DNA of 64,000 nucleotides from a virus (IMGVR_UViG_3300013102_000004:6630-70629); one strand, 5' to 3'; shown: positions 9,752-18,917, numbered from the stretch's first letter. The notes: generated by a model from the sequence alone, not told the origin. Translations and numbers: made by a program.

Positions 9752-10339
9752 CTAAAGGCTCGTCTTGGGTGCTTGAGTTAACGACTGCTCTGACAGAAGG
9801 CCAGTTTCTTCCAGAGCTTCTGTTAGGACGCTTTCGCTTGCGTTCAGGAGGAATTGTGCTCTCTCTTCGGTCAATGTTGGGTTAAACCTACCATGTTCCA
9901 ATCCATCCTGCAACTGGTAGTACATTCGCAGAGCATGACGCTTAGACTTTAATACGTACTTGGGTTCTCCGTCAGATTCGTCACGGATACCGAAAGCCTT
10001 GATTGTTCTCTGGTACAACGGAACAAACGTTGCTGTGTTGATGTAGAAATTATTACGGAAATCTGACAGTAAGTCAAATTCAGCTTTGGTACTGAACATG
10101 CAGTCGAGAACCTGATGACTACTTCTATTAGCATATAACATAAAGGTACTAAGGTTCATCTTGACTACATCTGACTTCCCCGCGATTTTCTGCTGAATGT
10201 CCTTGGCGGGGCTAGGGATTTTGTTTGAGTAGACTTCCCAGTAATCGTAGTCTGAGTTCTCGTTGGCTAGACCATATAATCGAGAACCGTGGATGGTTCT
10301 GAAAAGTAATTTGTTTTCTGACACTAGTACCAATACCAA
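9752..10339 (-). CDS. nucleotidyltransferase (Pol-beta superfamily, minimal NTase fold)
   Basis: HGSRLYGLANENSDYDY = hG[GS]x9-13Dx[DE] signature. Confidence 0.5.
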   Translation of the reverse strand: MVLVLVSENKLLFRTIHGSRLYGLANENSDYDYWEVYSNKIPSPAKDIQQKIAGKSDVVKMNLSTFMLYANRSSHQVLDCMFSTKAEFDLLSDFRNNFYINTATFVPLYQRTIKAFGIRDESDGEPKYVLKSKRHALRMYYQLQDGLEHGRFNPTLTEERAQFLLNASESVLTEALEETGLLSEQSLTQAPKTSL

Positions 10340-10536
10340 TTCACTCGTGGGTCACCAGAAGGTATCGGCCGATCAGTGATTTCAGGATATTGGTGCTCAG
10401 CGATCTTGTCCACAATACCGTCTCGAAACTTAATCCCTACGGTATCATATCCTCCATCAAAATGGTTTGTGTAGTCAGCCTCACTGATCTTCGTCAGAAT
10501 GAAATCTAGCTCTTGCTCGGTAAACTCGGGTGGCAC
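10324..10536 (-). CDS. hypothetical protein
   Basis: 70-aa ORF. Confidence 0.35.
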   Translation of the reverse strand: MPPEFTEQELDFILTKISEADYTNHFDGGYDTVGIKFRDGIVDKIAEHQYPEITDRPIPSGDPRVNWYWY

Positions 10537-10600
10537 GATTCTCCTATAGATATAAGAAATCCGTAACTAGCCCTCTCAAAAATTAGTTACGGATTCTTGG

Positions 10601-10852
10601 TTATTCGCTTGGCATATCGAGTATGCGTCTAAGCTCTGATTCAGTCAGGAAACCATATCCCTTGACTGTGTGTTCTTCTGTGTCTTGAACGACTAGAGAC
10701 GGTGTTGATCTGATTCCCGCCTCCGCAAAAGCATCTGGGTCTTCGCTGTAATGAATATAAGTAATATTCAGACCTTCAGCTTCTAGCTTCTCTAGGGTTG
10801 GATGCAAACGCTTGCAGGGTTGGCACGTCTCTAGATTGGTATATGCAATAAC
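10601..10852 (-). CDS. thioredoxin/glutaredoxin-like protein (CxxC)
   Basis: CQPC motif lies in-frame upstream of the listed TTG start; frame opens at 10867 (KISKKVIAYTNLETCQPCKRLHPTLEKL..); true start uncertain, no ATG or GTG available. Confidence 0.45.
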   Translation of the reverse strand, partial: VIAYTNLETCQPCKRLHPTLEKLEAEGLNITYIHYSEDPDAFAEAGIRSTPSLVVQDTEEHTVKGYGFLTESELRRILDMPSE

Positions 10853-10887
10853 TTTCTTACTGATTTTTCATTCCTTCTTTCTTGAAG

Positions 10888-10959
10888 AGCCCCTACCAGG
10901 AATCGAACCTGGATCTAAGGATTCGTAATCCTTCGTCATCTCCGTTGGACCATAGAGGC
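10888..10959 (-). tRNA. tRNA-Arg (anticodon ACG)
   Basis: acceptor GCCTCTA/TAGGGGC, anticodon stem AAGGA/TCCTT, loop TTACGAA, T-loop TTCGATT. Confidence 0.65.
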
Positions 10960-11042
10960 AAATGCTAGGACTGTGCGCCCTAGCGGACCTGAGGAAGTAA
11001 GCATTGCTAAGAGGCTTCTCAGGGATTGTTACTACAATTCTA

Positions 11043-11366
11043 TCATACCGTCTGCCACTTTACAACCATCTCTTCATACGGTTGAACCTTATCCAAACTA
11101 GCACAGCTATAATCAATACCATCATAGCTAGAGTAGTAAGCGCTCAGCCTGAAGAAATCTTCGGTGTTTCCAACCTGAACAACAACATACCATTCGTCGC
11201 CCTGACCTTCACCGCCGTGCTGATCGGTAACATGAAGTTGACCAGCTTCAATTGCGTATTCCTCTTCAAGAATCGTGCTGAAATGACGCCATTGAAAGCG
11301 GGCACCATCTTCAACGTCCATCACCTGAAGAACTTGCTGTTCAAACTCTTCTACTGAAAGGCTCAT
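11043..11366 (-). CDS. hypothetical protein, paralog family A
   Basis: shares GGEGQGDEWYVVVQV and FFRLSAYYSSYDG blocks with 11363-11770. Confidence 0.45.
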   Translation of the reverse strand: MSLSVEEFEQQVLQVMDVEDGARFQWRHFSTILEEEYAIEAGQLHVTDQHGGEGQGDEWYVVVQVGNTEDFFRLSAYYSSYDGIDYSCASLDKVQPYEEMVVKWQTV

Positions 11367-11770
11367 ACGTAAACCGTAATCGTCTTGGCAGTCTTCTGAA
11401 CCTCACGCAGTGCAGTACTCTCCCAACTTGTACCGTCAAAACTAGAGTAGTACCCATCAAAGCGGAAGAACTGACCAGTCTCTTCAATCGTGAAGACAAC
11501 GAAATACTCATCACCTTCACCTTCTCCACCGACCTGCTCAACCAGCTTCAGGTGAAGTCCGTCAACTTCAAGACCTGTGCCATACAAATCTTCCGACAGG
11601 TCATCGGCAATTTCTTCAAAGTAGGTTACCCCATCTTCGTCGTAGTAATGCCCGTCTTCCAAACGAGACAAGTCCTCGTTGTAATACTCTAGAAGCTTCT
11701 CTACAACACGTTCTGCTGTAACCTTCAAGCCTTCGGCCTGAGCTGTAGAAATGGTAATGCTGTCTGTCAT
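11363..11770 (-). CDS. hypothetical protein, paralog family A
   Basis: GGEGEGDEYFVVFTIEE and FFRFDGYYSSFDG blocks; tandem to 11043-11366. Confidence 0.45.
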   Translation of the reverse strand: MTDSITISTAQAEGLKVTAERVVEKLLEYYNEDLSRLEDGHYYDEDGVTYFEEIADDLSEDLYGTGLEVDGLHLKLVEQVGGEGEGDEYFVVFTIEETGQFFRFDGYYSSFDGTSWESTALREVQKTAKTITVYV

Positions 11771-12537
11771 TTTGTCTCCAATATCAGTTTATGTTGATTA
11801 TCTAAAAATCTTTGCCAGTAGTCAAACTGGGTATCCCGAAGCTCCAACAGGTTGTCAACGATCCATAACGCAAACCATCCCTTGCTGTAGTTCGTAATCA
11901 TAGCCCGTAATGCCCTGCTGTATGCTCTGTGAACGTCTAACTTATTCACAAAGCCCTTGGACTCAAACAGAGGAATCAAATTTCTCTCAAGTGCTGTCAC
12001 GTAGATTTCTTCACGTACCAGCTTCAGTTTCAGACTGTAGCCTAGGCGTTCGAACTTTTCTCTATCTACAGCCACTTTGCTACCGTCTTTAAGAATTCGT
12101 TCGAACATCGGCTGTCCGTCTGCAACACTTGCATGTAGACTATCATGTTCGTACGTTCTTGTCACGTTCTTGTTGAAGAACTTGTCTATCGGCAGACTAA
12201 GATCAATCTTTTTCTTGCCATGCAACTCTTCCCAGATAGGATAGAGAATGTTGTACAACTCTGGAATCAGCTTCGCCCCGGCAACTTGCATCTTCATAAT
12301 GTCGTACAAGTGCTTTTCAAAGCTATTATTCTTTAGTCGCCAAAAGCTATGGCTTACCTTCAGTGTATACAGCTCGTCCAATGACGCAACACTATGCCAG
12401 GACCATTTTTCTAAGTCAGCATGATAGAAAACATCAGCACCGGGAATTGGTTCAGTGCTGATGTAATCTACGTCTTTTGGCTCACGATCCAGCAGAATGT
12501 GTTGTTCTAAAGCCTTGGAGCCGATCAGAACCTTCAA
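11767..12537 (-). CDS. putative nucleotidyltransferase-fold protein
   Basis: IGSKALEQHILLDREPKDVDYI fits the GS-x13-DxD pattern; 256 aa. Confidence 0.35.
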   Translation of the reverse strand: MKVLIGSKALEQHILLDREPKDVDYISTEPIPGADVFYHADLEKWSWHSVASLDELYTLKVSHSFWRLKNNSFEKHLYDIMKMQVAGAKLIPELYNILYPIWEELHGKKKIDLSLPIDKFFNKNVTRTYEHDSLHASVADGQPMFERILKDGSKVAVDREKFERLGYSLKLKLVREEIYVTALERNLIPLFESKGFVNKLDVHRAYSRALRAMITNYSKGWFALWIVDNLLELRDTQFDYWQRFLDNQHKLILETK

Positions 12538-12872
12538 ATGTCTGAGTATTCCCTGTCAGCATGTGCAACAGCTTCGGACCAGGTATCTCCTACGTCCTGA
12601 CTAGTCTGAACACGCTGCAACCAATTGATTTCACGTGGATTCATCTCTTCAATCAGTACCGAAGCAATACGAATGAAGCTAGCAGAGTTACGCGTACGTT
12701 CTGCCCACGTCTCAAGAAAGACTGTTGGATCAAGGCCAACTCGCAAAGCTGCCTTACCGATCAGACACATGCCCTCAAGCGTCTTCTCGTCTACGTAGTA
12801 GCAAGAACCGTGCTCGTCACCGGCATTGAAAGTGTCACGGTAATTGAAGTCTGGGTTTTCCTTTGCCTCCAA
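12534..12872 (-). CDS. hypothetical protein, paralog family B
   Basis: GSCYYVDE..GMCLIGKAALRVG block shared with the next two genes. Confidence 0.45.
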   Translation of the reverse strand: MEAKENPDFNYRDTFNAGDEHGSCYYVDEKTLEGMCLIGKAALRVGLDPTVFLETWAERTRNSASFIRIASVLIEEMNPREINWLQRVQTSQDVGDTWSEAVAHADREYSDI

Positions 12873-12931
12873 GCGAACTGCTGCAACGAGTTCTGCACTG
12901 GTAGCAATGGGACGTACAAGTGTATCAGTGG

Positions 12932-13309
12932 TTATTTTGTTCCTTCGTCTGTTTTCTTAATCGCTTTACGCCAAGTCGTACCTTCGTCTTGACGCTTCTG
13001 AACCTGTTCAAGCCAAGCCGAATCTGTCGGACTGATCTTTTTGAAGAACAATGGAAGCAACTCTTTGATCGTCAGAATGTTGCTCTGGTCAAACATATCA
13101 GATGGGATGCCCAATCGCAAGGCTGCAACTCCCATGATGCATTTGCCTTCACCATCTTCATCTACATATTCGCATACGTATTGCAAACCGTACTGTGGAC
13201 TGAGATAGCCATAGGTTTTTCCATAATTGAATTCGGGATTCTCTTCCCCGACCTTTCGCACTTCATCGACCAGCATACTAGCATCAGCTAGTTTTGCAAA
13301 ATCAGGCAT
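12932..13309 (-). CDS. hypothetical protein, paralog family B
   Basis: GEGKCIMGVAALRLG block. Confidence 0.45.
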   Translation of the reverse strand: MPDFAKLADASMLVDEVRKVGEENPEFNYGKTYGYLSPQYGLQYVCEYVDEDGEGKCIMGVAALRLGIPSDMFDQSNILTIKELLPLFFKKISPTDSAWLEQVQKRQDEGTTWRKAIKKTDEGTK

Positions 13310-13682
13310 TTACATTCACTGGCAAGCGCTCTGCTGAATCTGCATCTTCCACTGCAAATCCCCAACTTTCGCCCATATCCTGACTGTTCTGGACGTATCC
13401 AAGCCAACGAACATTATGCCAGAATTCCTTGCTGGGTTTGATTCCAAACTCATAATCGGAGAAGATGTGCAAGCTGCTCATCACTGGAATGTGGTTCTTT
13501 TCCCCTAGGAAGTCGTTTCTGGTCATTCCCAACTCTTCTGCTGCCTTGCCGATGATGCAAGCACCCTCATCATTATCTGTATAGAAATATATGCAAGAAC
13601 GATTGTGATCACGGTAAACATGATCTGGATTCTTTGCTGCGATCTTGCGGACCGTTTCGACAAACTGTGCTGAGGTAGGCAT
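13302..13682 (-). CDS. hypothetical protein, paralog family B (start trimmed)
   Basis: GACIIGKAAEELG block; the listed N-terminus 13683-13781 overlaps tRNA-Leu, so start moved to Met at 13682. Confidence 0.4.
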   Translation of the reverse strand: MPTSAQFVETVRKIAAKNPDHVYRDHNRSCIYFYTDNDEGACIIGKAAEELGMTRNDFLGEKNHIPVMSSLHIFSDYEFGIKPSKEFWHNVRWLGYVQNSQDMGESWGFAVEDADSAERLPVNVNA

Positions 13683-13712
13683 TATGCTCCTGAGTTGTTG
13701 TTTTAATTTAAG

Positions 13713-13795
13713 TAGCCTGAGAGGGAGTCGAACCCTCACGCTCTTTCGAGCACTGAATTTTGAGTCCAGCGTGTCTGCCATTCCACCACCAGGCC
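13713..13795 (-). tRNA. tRNA-Leu (anticodon CAA), type II
   Basis: acceptor GGCCTGG/TCAGGCT, anticodon stem CTGGA/TTCAG, loop CTCAAAA, long variable arm, T-loop TTCGACT. Confidence 0.6.
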
Positions 13796-13825
13796 AGAAC
13801 TAGGATTTCTCCTAGCCCGGTACCC

Positions 13826-13910
13826 TCGAATATACAGGATTCGAACCTGTGTGGACAAAGCTAGTGACGCTACTCACCAATACTTCATCCCATCGGATTC
13901 CGGCTAGCTT
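13826..13910 (-). other. degenerate tRNA-like element (perfect T-arm ACAGG-TTCGAAT-CCTGT, no canonical body)
   Basis: no complementary 5' acceptor strand or anticodon arm found; multiple CTAG palindromes. Confidence 0.3.
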
Positions 13911-14047
13911 TACGCCTTGTCCGACAGCTATAAACCTGACTCTGCCAATATCCGTGATACCACGTTTTACGGACTCAATGCACTGTCACATGCGTATGAG
14001 ATATGTACTCAACTATTAGACTATTTTTATGGTTGAGTCTACCGTAG

Positions 14048-14189
14048 CTTCAGAAGTGGGATTCGAACCCACAAGGTAAGCTGTTCAACTATGTCGGTTT
14101 CCCTCAAGAGAACAGAACCGCCAGTGTTTCTCCATATCCGAAGACTTAGGATACTAAACCAGCGCGTCTGCCAGTACCGCCATTCTGAA
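14048..14189 (-). other. atypical 142-nt tRNA-like element (possibly intron-containing or split tRNA)
   Basis: perfect 7-bp acceptor pairing TTCAGAA/TTCTGAA and T-arm GTGGG-TTCGAAT-CCCAC, but about 65 extra nt inside; candidate anticodon stem TAAGT/GCTTA around loop CTTCGG..A. Confidence 0.3.
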
Positions 14190-14352
14190 TCCTTTTTCAT
14201 TTTCATGTTCAGTCTAACACACGCTTCTCTGCTTGCGCTCCACGCTGTCTATTTAAAGACTGTGATAAACTTTACATCGGGTCTTGCCACTTCCAGAAGT
14301 TCATGCAAGTCTTTCTTCTGGCTACTCTAGTTCTATCTCTAGAACACTTGCG

Positions 14353-14436
14353 TACTCCCTACGGGACTCGAACCCGTACGTCCTTACGGACACTTGATTT
14401 TAAGTCAAGCGCGGCTGCCAATTACGCCAAGAGAGC
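14353..14436 (-). tRNA. tRNA-Leu (anticodon TAA), type II
   Basis: acceptor GCTCTCT/AGGGAGT, anticodon stem CTTGA/TCAAG, loop CTTAAAA, variable arm GTCC-GTAA-GGAC, T-loop TTCGAGT. Confidence 0.6.
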
Positions 14437-14563
14437 TTGGGTAAGGGAGTGTATGAAGCTCCCTTACCGGAGAGAAAGGCATGAAAATGAAGACGGGTTA
14501 AATAGGCATCTCCTGTGTCGATTGGGTGTTGCGGCCTCTGTCTGCCAGTAACTAAATCTTACG

Positions 14564-14872
14564 CTACTCTAGCGCTACAAGCAACTTGCACTCGGGAACT
14601 TCAACAAATCCGCTCTGGTGAGTGCGAATCGGCTCACTGATAATCCCCTGATCAATGAGACATTCCAGCACCCCTTCGTTTTCCGACCAGTTCTTGATGA
14701 ACACATTTCCCTGTTCGGGAGTGTCGTGCTCCAAGAACGTGGTAGCAGTGAAAAGCATTGAGCCATCGGTAGAAACAGCCCTCAAAGCCTTCGAACCATC
14801 TCCGTAACCCAAAACCTTGAGAACGGCAGGTTCATCCTTGACGTACTTGGTGTTTGCGGTGAAAGTGATCAT
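14564..14872 (-). CDS. hypothetical protein
   Basis: 102-aa ORF. Confidence 0.4.
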   Translation of the reverse strand: MITFTANTKYVKDEPAVLKVLGYGDGSKALRAVSTDGSMLFTATTFLEHDTPEQGNVFIKNWSENEGVLECLIDQGIISEPIRTHQSGFVEVPECKLLVALE

Positions 14873-14905
14873 TGCGATTCCTTTGTTCGGTGTGATTTCA
14901 GCTTA

Positions 14906-15214
14906 CTACATCTTGGCTTCGTTTGCAAGGATTGTGTCAACTTTTCCTTGGCACTCGTTGAAGCTGTGCAAACGAATTCGTTCTTCCGTTGCCACGTCCT
15001 CAAGAATCCAGACGCCCTCTTGCTTGTAGCTACGAGATGCAAAGAACCGATCGTCTCGTGTTCGGTACACTCCCGGAGCAAGGCTTTCTCGCAACGTTGC
15101 CTGCTTGCTTCGCTCAATTGCTGCGACACGCTTAGGGTCTTCGTTTGCGTTCATTCTGTATCCTTTGTTCGGTTTGTGTGAACTAAGACTATCGGTTCTT
15201 CGCTTGCTTGTCAA
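14906..15214 (-). CDS. hypothetical protein (basic)
   Basis: 102-aa ORF. Confidence 0.35.
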   Translation of the reverse strand: MTSKRRTDSLSSHKPNKGYRMNANEDPKRVAAIERSKQATLRESLAPGVYRTRDDRFFASRSYKQEGVWILEDVATEERIRLHSFNECQGKVDTILANEAKM

Positions 15215-15309
15215 CTGTTTCAGAAGATCAAAATCAGCAACAAGATGATCAAGATAAGAGCAACTGCTCCTCCACCAACGTACACGGTATCACATCCTTC
15301 ACTTCTATT

Positions 15310-16200
15310 TTACCATGTGCTAGAAGATGTAGGTGCTGGGAGGGCAATTCTCTTCCACGAGTTGGTTGCAATACATACATATAAATACGTTGCATCGTAA
15401 CCGATTTGCCCCTTCGTACCTGTCGAATTGGGTAGTGCTGGTGCTGTACCAGTAGACACTACAATGTTCGGAGTTGTCAACACACCAGTGAAAATAGGAT
15501 TAGCTTTATCAGCCTTCAATGCATCCTGTGTATCCACATAAGTTTTCTGTGTAGGACTTGTGCCACCCGATGCTACCGGAACGATCACCGTACCAGTAAA
15601 CGTAGGACTAGCCTTGTCTGCCTTCAGATTGTCTGCTGTATCCACGTATGTCTTCTGAACAGGACTCGTTGCAGAAGATGCTACAGGAATGGTCACAGTA
15701 CCAGTAAAGGTAGGGTTCGCGCTAGGTGACTTCAGATTGAGTTGCGTATTGACATAAGTTAAGTCAGCTTTCTTGGTCTCAATCTCAGCCATTTTGTTAT
15801 TGTATGTACCGATCAAGACATACTGGTTCAATGGTCGTGGCTCTACCGCGCTTAGATCGGCTAGCCATACCTCGTTTGTGCCTGTGATATCAGCTTCGGT
15901 AAATGCTGTGGTCCCCTTGTATGCTTTGGTACCCTCAAAATCCTCTTTAATGTTGACCTTGGTACCACTCAGGGCACCGGAAATCGGATTCGTTGTTCCA
16001 GTGACGATGTACTCAACAGAGATTTCGCCATTTTGGTCAAGAGTGTACTTCTTTTTCTCTTGAGTGTATGTGACGTTGGCAGCGTCATCACCCAAGGGAG
16101 AATCAAGAGATAGTTCTATAGTACCTCGTGCTGGTGTCCCATCGGGTGCTTGCCACCTACCTCTTAATGTTATCGTAGTTGCGCCTGGTTGAAATGTCAT
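15310..16200 (-). CDS. tail fibre protein with tandem fibre repeats
   Basis: repeats of about 38 aa: PTFTGTVTIPVASSATSPVQKTYVDTADNLKADKAS / PTFTGTVIVPVASGGTSPTQKTYVDTQDALKADKAN / PIFTG. Confidence 0.5.
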   Translation of the reverse strand: MTFQPGATTITLRGRWQAPDGTPARGTIELSLDSPLGDDAANVTYTQEKKKYTLDQNGEISVEYIVTGTTNPISGALSGTKVNIKEDFEGTKAYKGTTAFTEADITGTNEVWLADLSAVEPRPLNQYVLIGTYNNKMAEIETKKADLTYVNTQLNLKSPSANPTFTGTVTIPVASSATSPVQKTYVDTADNLKADKASPTFTGTVIVPVASGGTSPTQKTYVDTQDALKADKANPIFTGVLTTPNIVVSTGTAPALPNSTGTKGQIGYDATYLYVCIATNSWKRIALPAPTSSSTW

Positions 16201-16237
16201 ACAACAATTATAACATAAAACTATTTAGTAACTACGC

Positions 16238-16789
16238 TCAGAAACTGGGAACCGTACCCAGAATCTCAAAGCGTTCAACCCTGACATACTTTGGATCATC
16301 ATTTGCTTCATCATGGCAACCAAAAATACGCTCAATGAATTCTGAATCGTACTTGCATCCGGTGAAGTATACAACCTTGTTGACTGGTGCATTCTCTACA
16401 ATGTAATCCGCGCCGGTGGAGTATGACTTGTTCACATCATTACGTGTGATCTTGTATGTCTTCTCTCCCAGATAGGTAGTAGCATCGTAGATTTTCATCT
16501 TACCGGCCGGAACCACATCTTCAGCATAAGTATAATGCATTGGTCCCATAAGGTTGAACTGGGAGATAAAGAAGCATACGAATGGAACCATCACGAAAGA
16601 GGCAAAGAATCCAAAGAACTGAGCATTGTCTTTCTGGTTTTTCTTATCGTTCTTTGATCCTATATAAACGATTCCGTAAAGCACGGAGTATACAACCACC
16701 GAGACCATACCAATGAATCCCCAAAACAAGAGAATGTCTACCATTTTATTGCCTCCGAAAGAAGTAGGTTCCCCGATAGCTGGTAGCAA
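16238..16789 (-). CDS. membrane protein
   Basis: two or three hydrophobic helices near the N-terminus. Confidence 0.4.
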   Translation of the reverse strand: MLPAIGEPTSFGGNKMVDILLFWGFIGMVSVVVYSVLYGIVYIGSKNDKKNQKDNAQFFGFFASFVMVPFVCFFISQFNLMGPMHYTYAEDVVPAGKMKIYDATTYLGEKTYKITRNDVNKSYSTGADYIVENAPVNKVVYFTGCKYDSEFIERIFGCHDEANDDPKYVRVERFEILGTVPSF

Positions 16790-16861
16790 CTCACAGCCTG
16801 TCCAGATGGACTTTGAAGAGATTTCGTCGCTTCTCGGGGAAAGAAAGCGGGTCTATGTTGG

Positions 16862-16933
16862 TGCCCCCATCAGGAATCGAACCTGAATCTCAAGATTAGA
16901 AGTCATGCGTCGTGTCCGTTGGACCATGAAGGC
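16862..16933 (-). tRNA. tRNA-Arg (anticodon TCT)
   Basis: acceptor GCCTTCA/TGGGGGC, loop CTTCTAA, T-arm TCAGG-TTCGATT-CCTGA; one mismatch in the anticodon stem. Confidence 0.5.
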
Positions 16934-17016
16934 AAGTCCCAGAGGGGAGACGTTAGTCCGCTAGTCTCTGGGCGCAGTATTAAAGTATATCAGAACATGG
17001 GATGATCAGTCAATCT

Positions 17017-17469
17017 CTAGTAGTGATTTGACTGATTAATCCAATTGACGACTTCATCAAGAGTTGGCAAGAAAGGCTCATCCTTCTGGTAACTCTCTGG
17101 TGTACGATCCCGATAATTGAGATTCATCTTGTTGAGCTGTTCCCCGGTGATTCCTTCTCCTGCTGTCTCAGTTCTCACTTCGTCAGGAATGGTCTCTCCC
17201 GGTTGAGGAAGCCAGAAACCCTGCTGAAATGGATTTTCACCACCATTGTCATACTCTTGAACCTCGTCAACCAAACCGAGAGAGTAGTGATCACTGATTT
17301 CGTCTTCAGTCAGCTTGTTGATCTGAATGTTCAGATGTGCCACACCGTCATGACCGAACAACGGAGTCTGATTGGACTGGATGAAACTGAGTACATCATA
17401 AAGGTCATCGGCGTAGATTACCATCTCCTGATGATCATCAAAAACGATACGCCAAGCAAATTCTGCCAT
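17017..17469 (-). CDS. hypothetical acidic protein
   Basis: 150-aa ORF. Confidence 0.4.
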   Translation of the reverse strand: MAEFAWRIVFDDHQEMVIYADDLYDVLSFIQSNQTPLFGHDGVAHLNIQINKLTEDEISDHYSLGLVDEVQEYDNGGENPFQQGFWLPQPGETIPDEVRTETAGEGITGEQLNKMNLNYRDRTPESYQKDEPFLPTLDEVVNWINQSNHY

Positions 17470-17638
17470 TTAAATTAATTCTCCTAGATAAGGTTGCGCT
17501 CAGATAGAGCAATTACAATCTTGTTTGTCAGTCGATCTACGACCCGCTGGTGTAGAATACCAGCATTTTCTTCAATTTCCAAACGAACTACGCTGATAGC
17601 TTCAAGCTGAGCTTCAGTCAACAGGTCCACGAATTCTC

Positions 17639-18157
17639 CTATTTTGCGTCTAGCAAGAAATCCTGACGGATTGTGTTAGGTCGAACATGTAGTTCATCCA
17701 TATTGCTCTCCGAACCTTCACATGAAGTAAAAGTCCAGATTGATGAATCTCGTACGCATACGAAATCATTCAGAACGTATGGTTGCTCATCAGGCTTTAC
17801 GTCCTGAACGATAGTGTAGTGTTTAGTGTTGGCATTGTAAAGCTGAGTTCGTCCATCTTCATCTGCTGCATAGAAGGTGTACTTAAACTCTTCACCCTCT
17901 CGATACGTGCTCACAAAGAATGAACTCTCACCTTCAGCAAACTGCTGTTTACCGTCATCCAAGCCTAGCAGAACTTTGCGATCATGCTGCCATTCCCCTT
18001 CGTAGGTAACCCAATCTGCACTTATGATTGCCATAGGTATAGTGCCGACGATGCAAAGAACAAACAGCATACCGCCTACGTCTTCAGAGAAGAACATTGC
18101 AGTCGCAAACAGGCATACTACCAGATAAATGACAATTATGATGATCAGAGACAGCAT
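17639..18157 (-). CDS. membrane protein
   Basis: N-terminal double transmembrane segment. Confidence 0.4.
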   Translation of the reverse strand: MLSLIIIIVIYLVVCLFATAMFFSEDVGGMLFVLCIVGTIPMAIISADWVTYEGEWQHDRKVLLGLDDGKQQFAEGESSFFVSTYREGEEFKYTFYAADEDGRTQLYNANTKHYTIVQDVKPDEQPYVLNDFVCVRDSSIWTFTSCEGSESNMDELHVRPNTIRQDFLLDAK

Positions 18158-18158
18158 A

Positions 18159-18359
18159 TCAGTCAGCCGGAAGAATTTCGTAGTACATCTTCACGCCCGC
18201 GATTTTGAATGTGAAACCATTTGGCTTCAGCTTCGTGATCAGATGTGCGTTCTGACGAATGTCTTCGAGCAAGTATGCAAACGCTTTCTTGCGACTCGTG
18301 AACGTCTTGACGCAAACACCATCAAGGCACCCCTTATGGCTAATGACGATTTCGTACAT
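18159..18359 (-). CDS. hypothetical protein
   Basis: 66-aa ORF. Confidence 0.3.
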   Translation of the reverse strand: MYEIVISHKGCLDGVCVKTFTSRKKAFAYLLEDIRQNAHLITKLKPNGFTFKIAGVKMYYEILPAD

Positions 18360-18368
18360 GATTCCCTC

Positions 18369-18671
18369 TCAGAGAAACTTGATGGTTACGGTTGGCTTGG
18401 TTTCGATGACTAGTGCCTGAGTGGCATCATCGCAGTACTTGCGAACTCGCTCAAGTGTAACACCATCACGCGTTCCTGTCAGCTTTTCGAAAGCCGGTTC
18501 CCCATGCAGATTGGCAAGAGTGGACTTACCCATTGCCTTTGCGAGAATGTCCCGCAATTCTGCCTGACGAGTTTCGATTTTCTTCAGCTCCCTACGGGCA
18601 ACAGTAGCCTTTCGGTTCAAAGTGTGCAACTCCGTTGCGAACTCTTCGTAAGCATCCATGTTCTTAGCCAT
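18369..18671 (-). CDS. hypothetical protein (coiled-coil)
   Basis: 100-aa ORF. Confidence 0.4.
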   Translation of the reverse strand: MAKNMDAYEEFATELHTLNRKATVARRELKKIETRQAELRDILAKAMGKSTLANLHGEPAFEKLTGTRDGVTLERVRKYCDDATQALVIETKPTVTIKFL

Positions 18672-18710
18672 TTGAACTCCCTGAGTAGTTGTTGGCTAAA
18701 GAGTATCAGA

Positions 18711-18917
18711 TCAGCCTAGATCAAGCAAGCCGAAGTTTTGACCGTCTGAAGACTCAAGAAAGTCAACTACGTAGGACTTCACGGTAGAATTACCACCAAC
18801 GTACAAGCTTGTCAAGGCACTTGAGATTAGCTCTAGAGAATCATCTGTGAGATTAATGTTATTTACTGTAGAACCGCTGGACTCGGGGAAAATGAAGAGA
18901 GTCTTCTTGTCTGCCAT
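18711..18917 (-). CDS. hypothetical protein
   Basis: 68-aa ORF. Confidence 0.35.
   Translation of the reverse strand: MADKKTLFIFPESSGSTVNNINLTDDSLELISSALTSLYVGGNSTVKSYVVDFLESSDGQNFGLLDLG

Noticed and set aside
9752-10339. CBASS-type CD-NTase paired with an AAA+ ATPase (type III CBASS-like)
   Set aside because: The nucleotidyltransferase is only 195 aa, with a minimal-NTase layout rather than a cGAS/DncV-like one. The ATPase is BCS1-like, not TRIP13/Pch2-like, and no HORMA or effector gene is evident.
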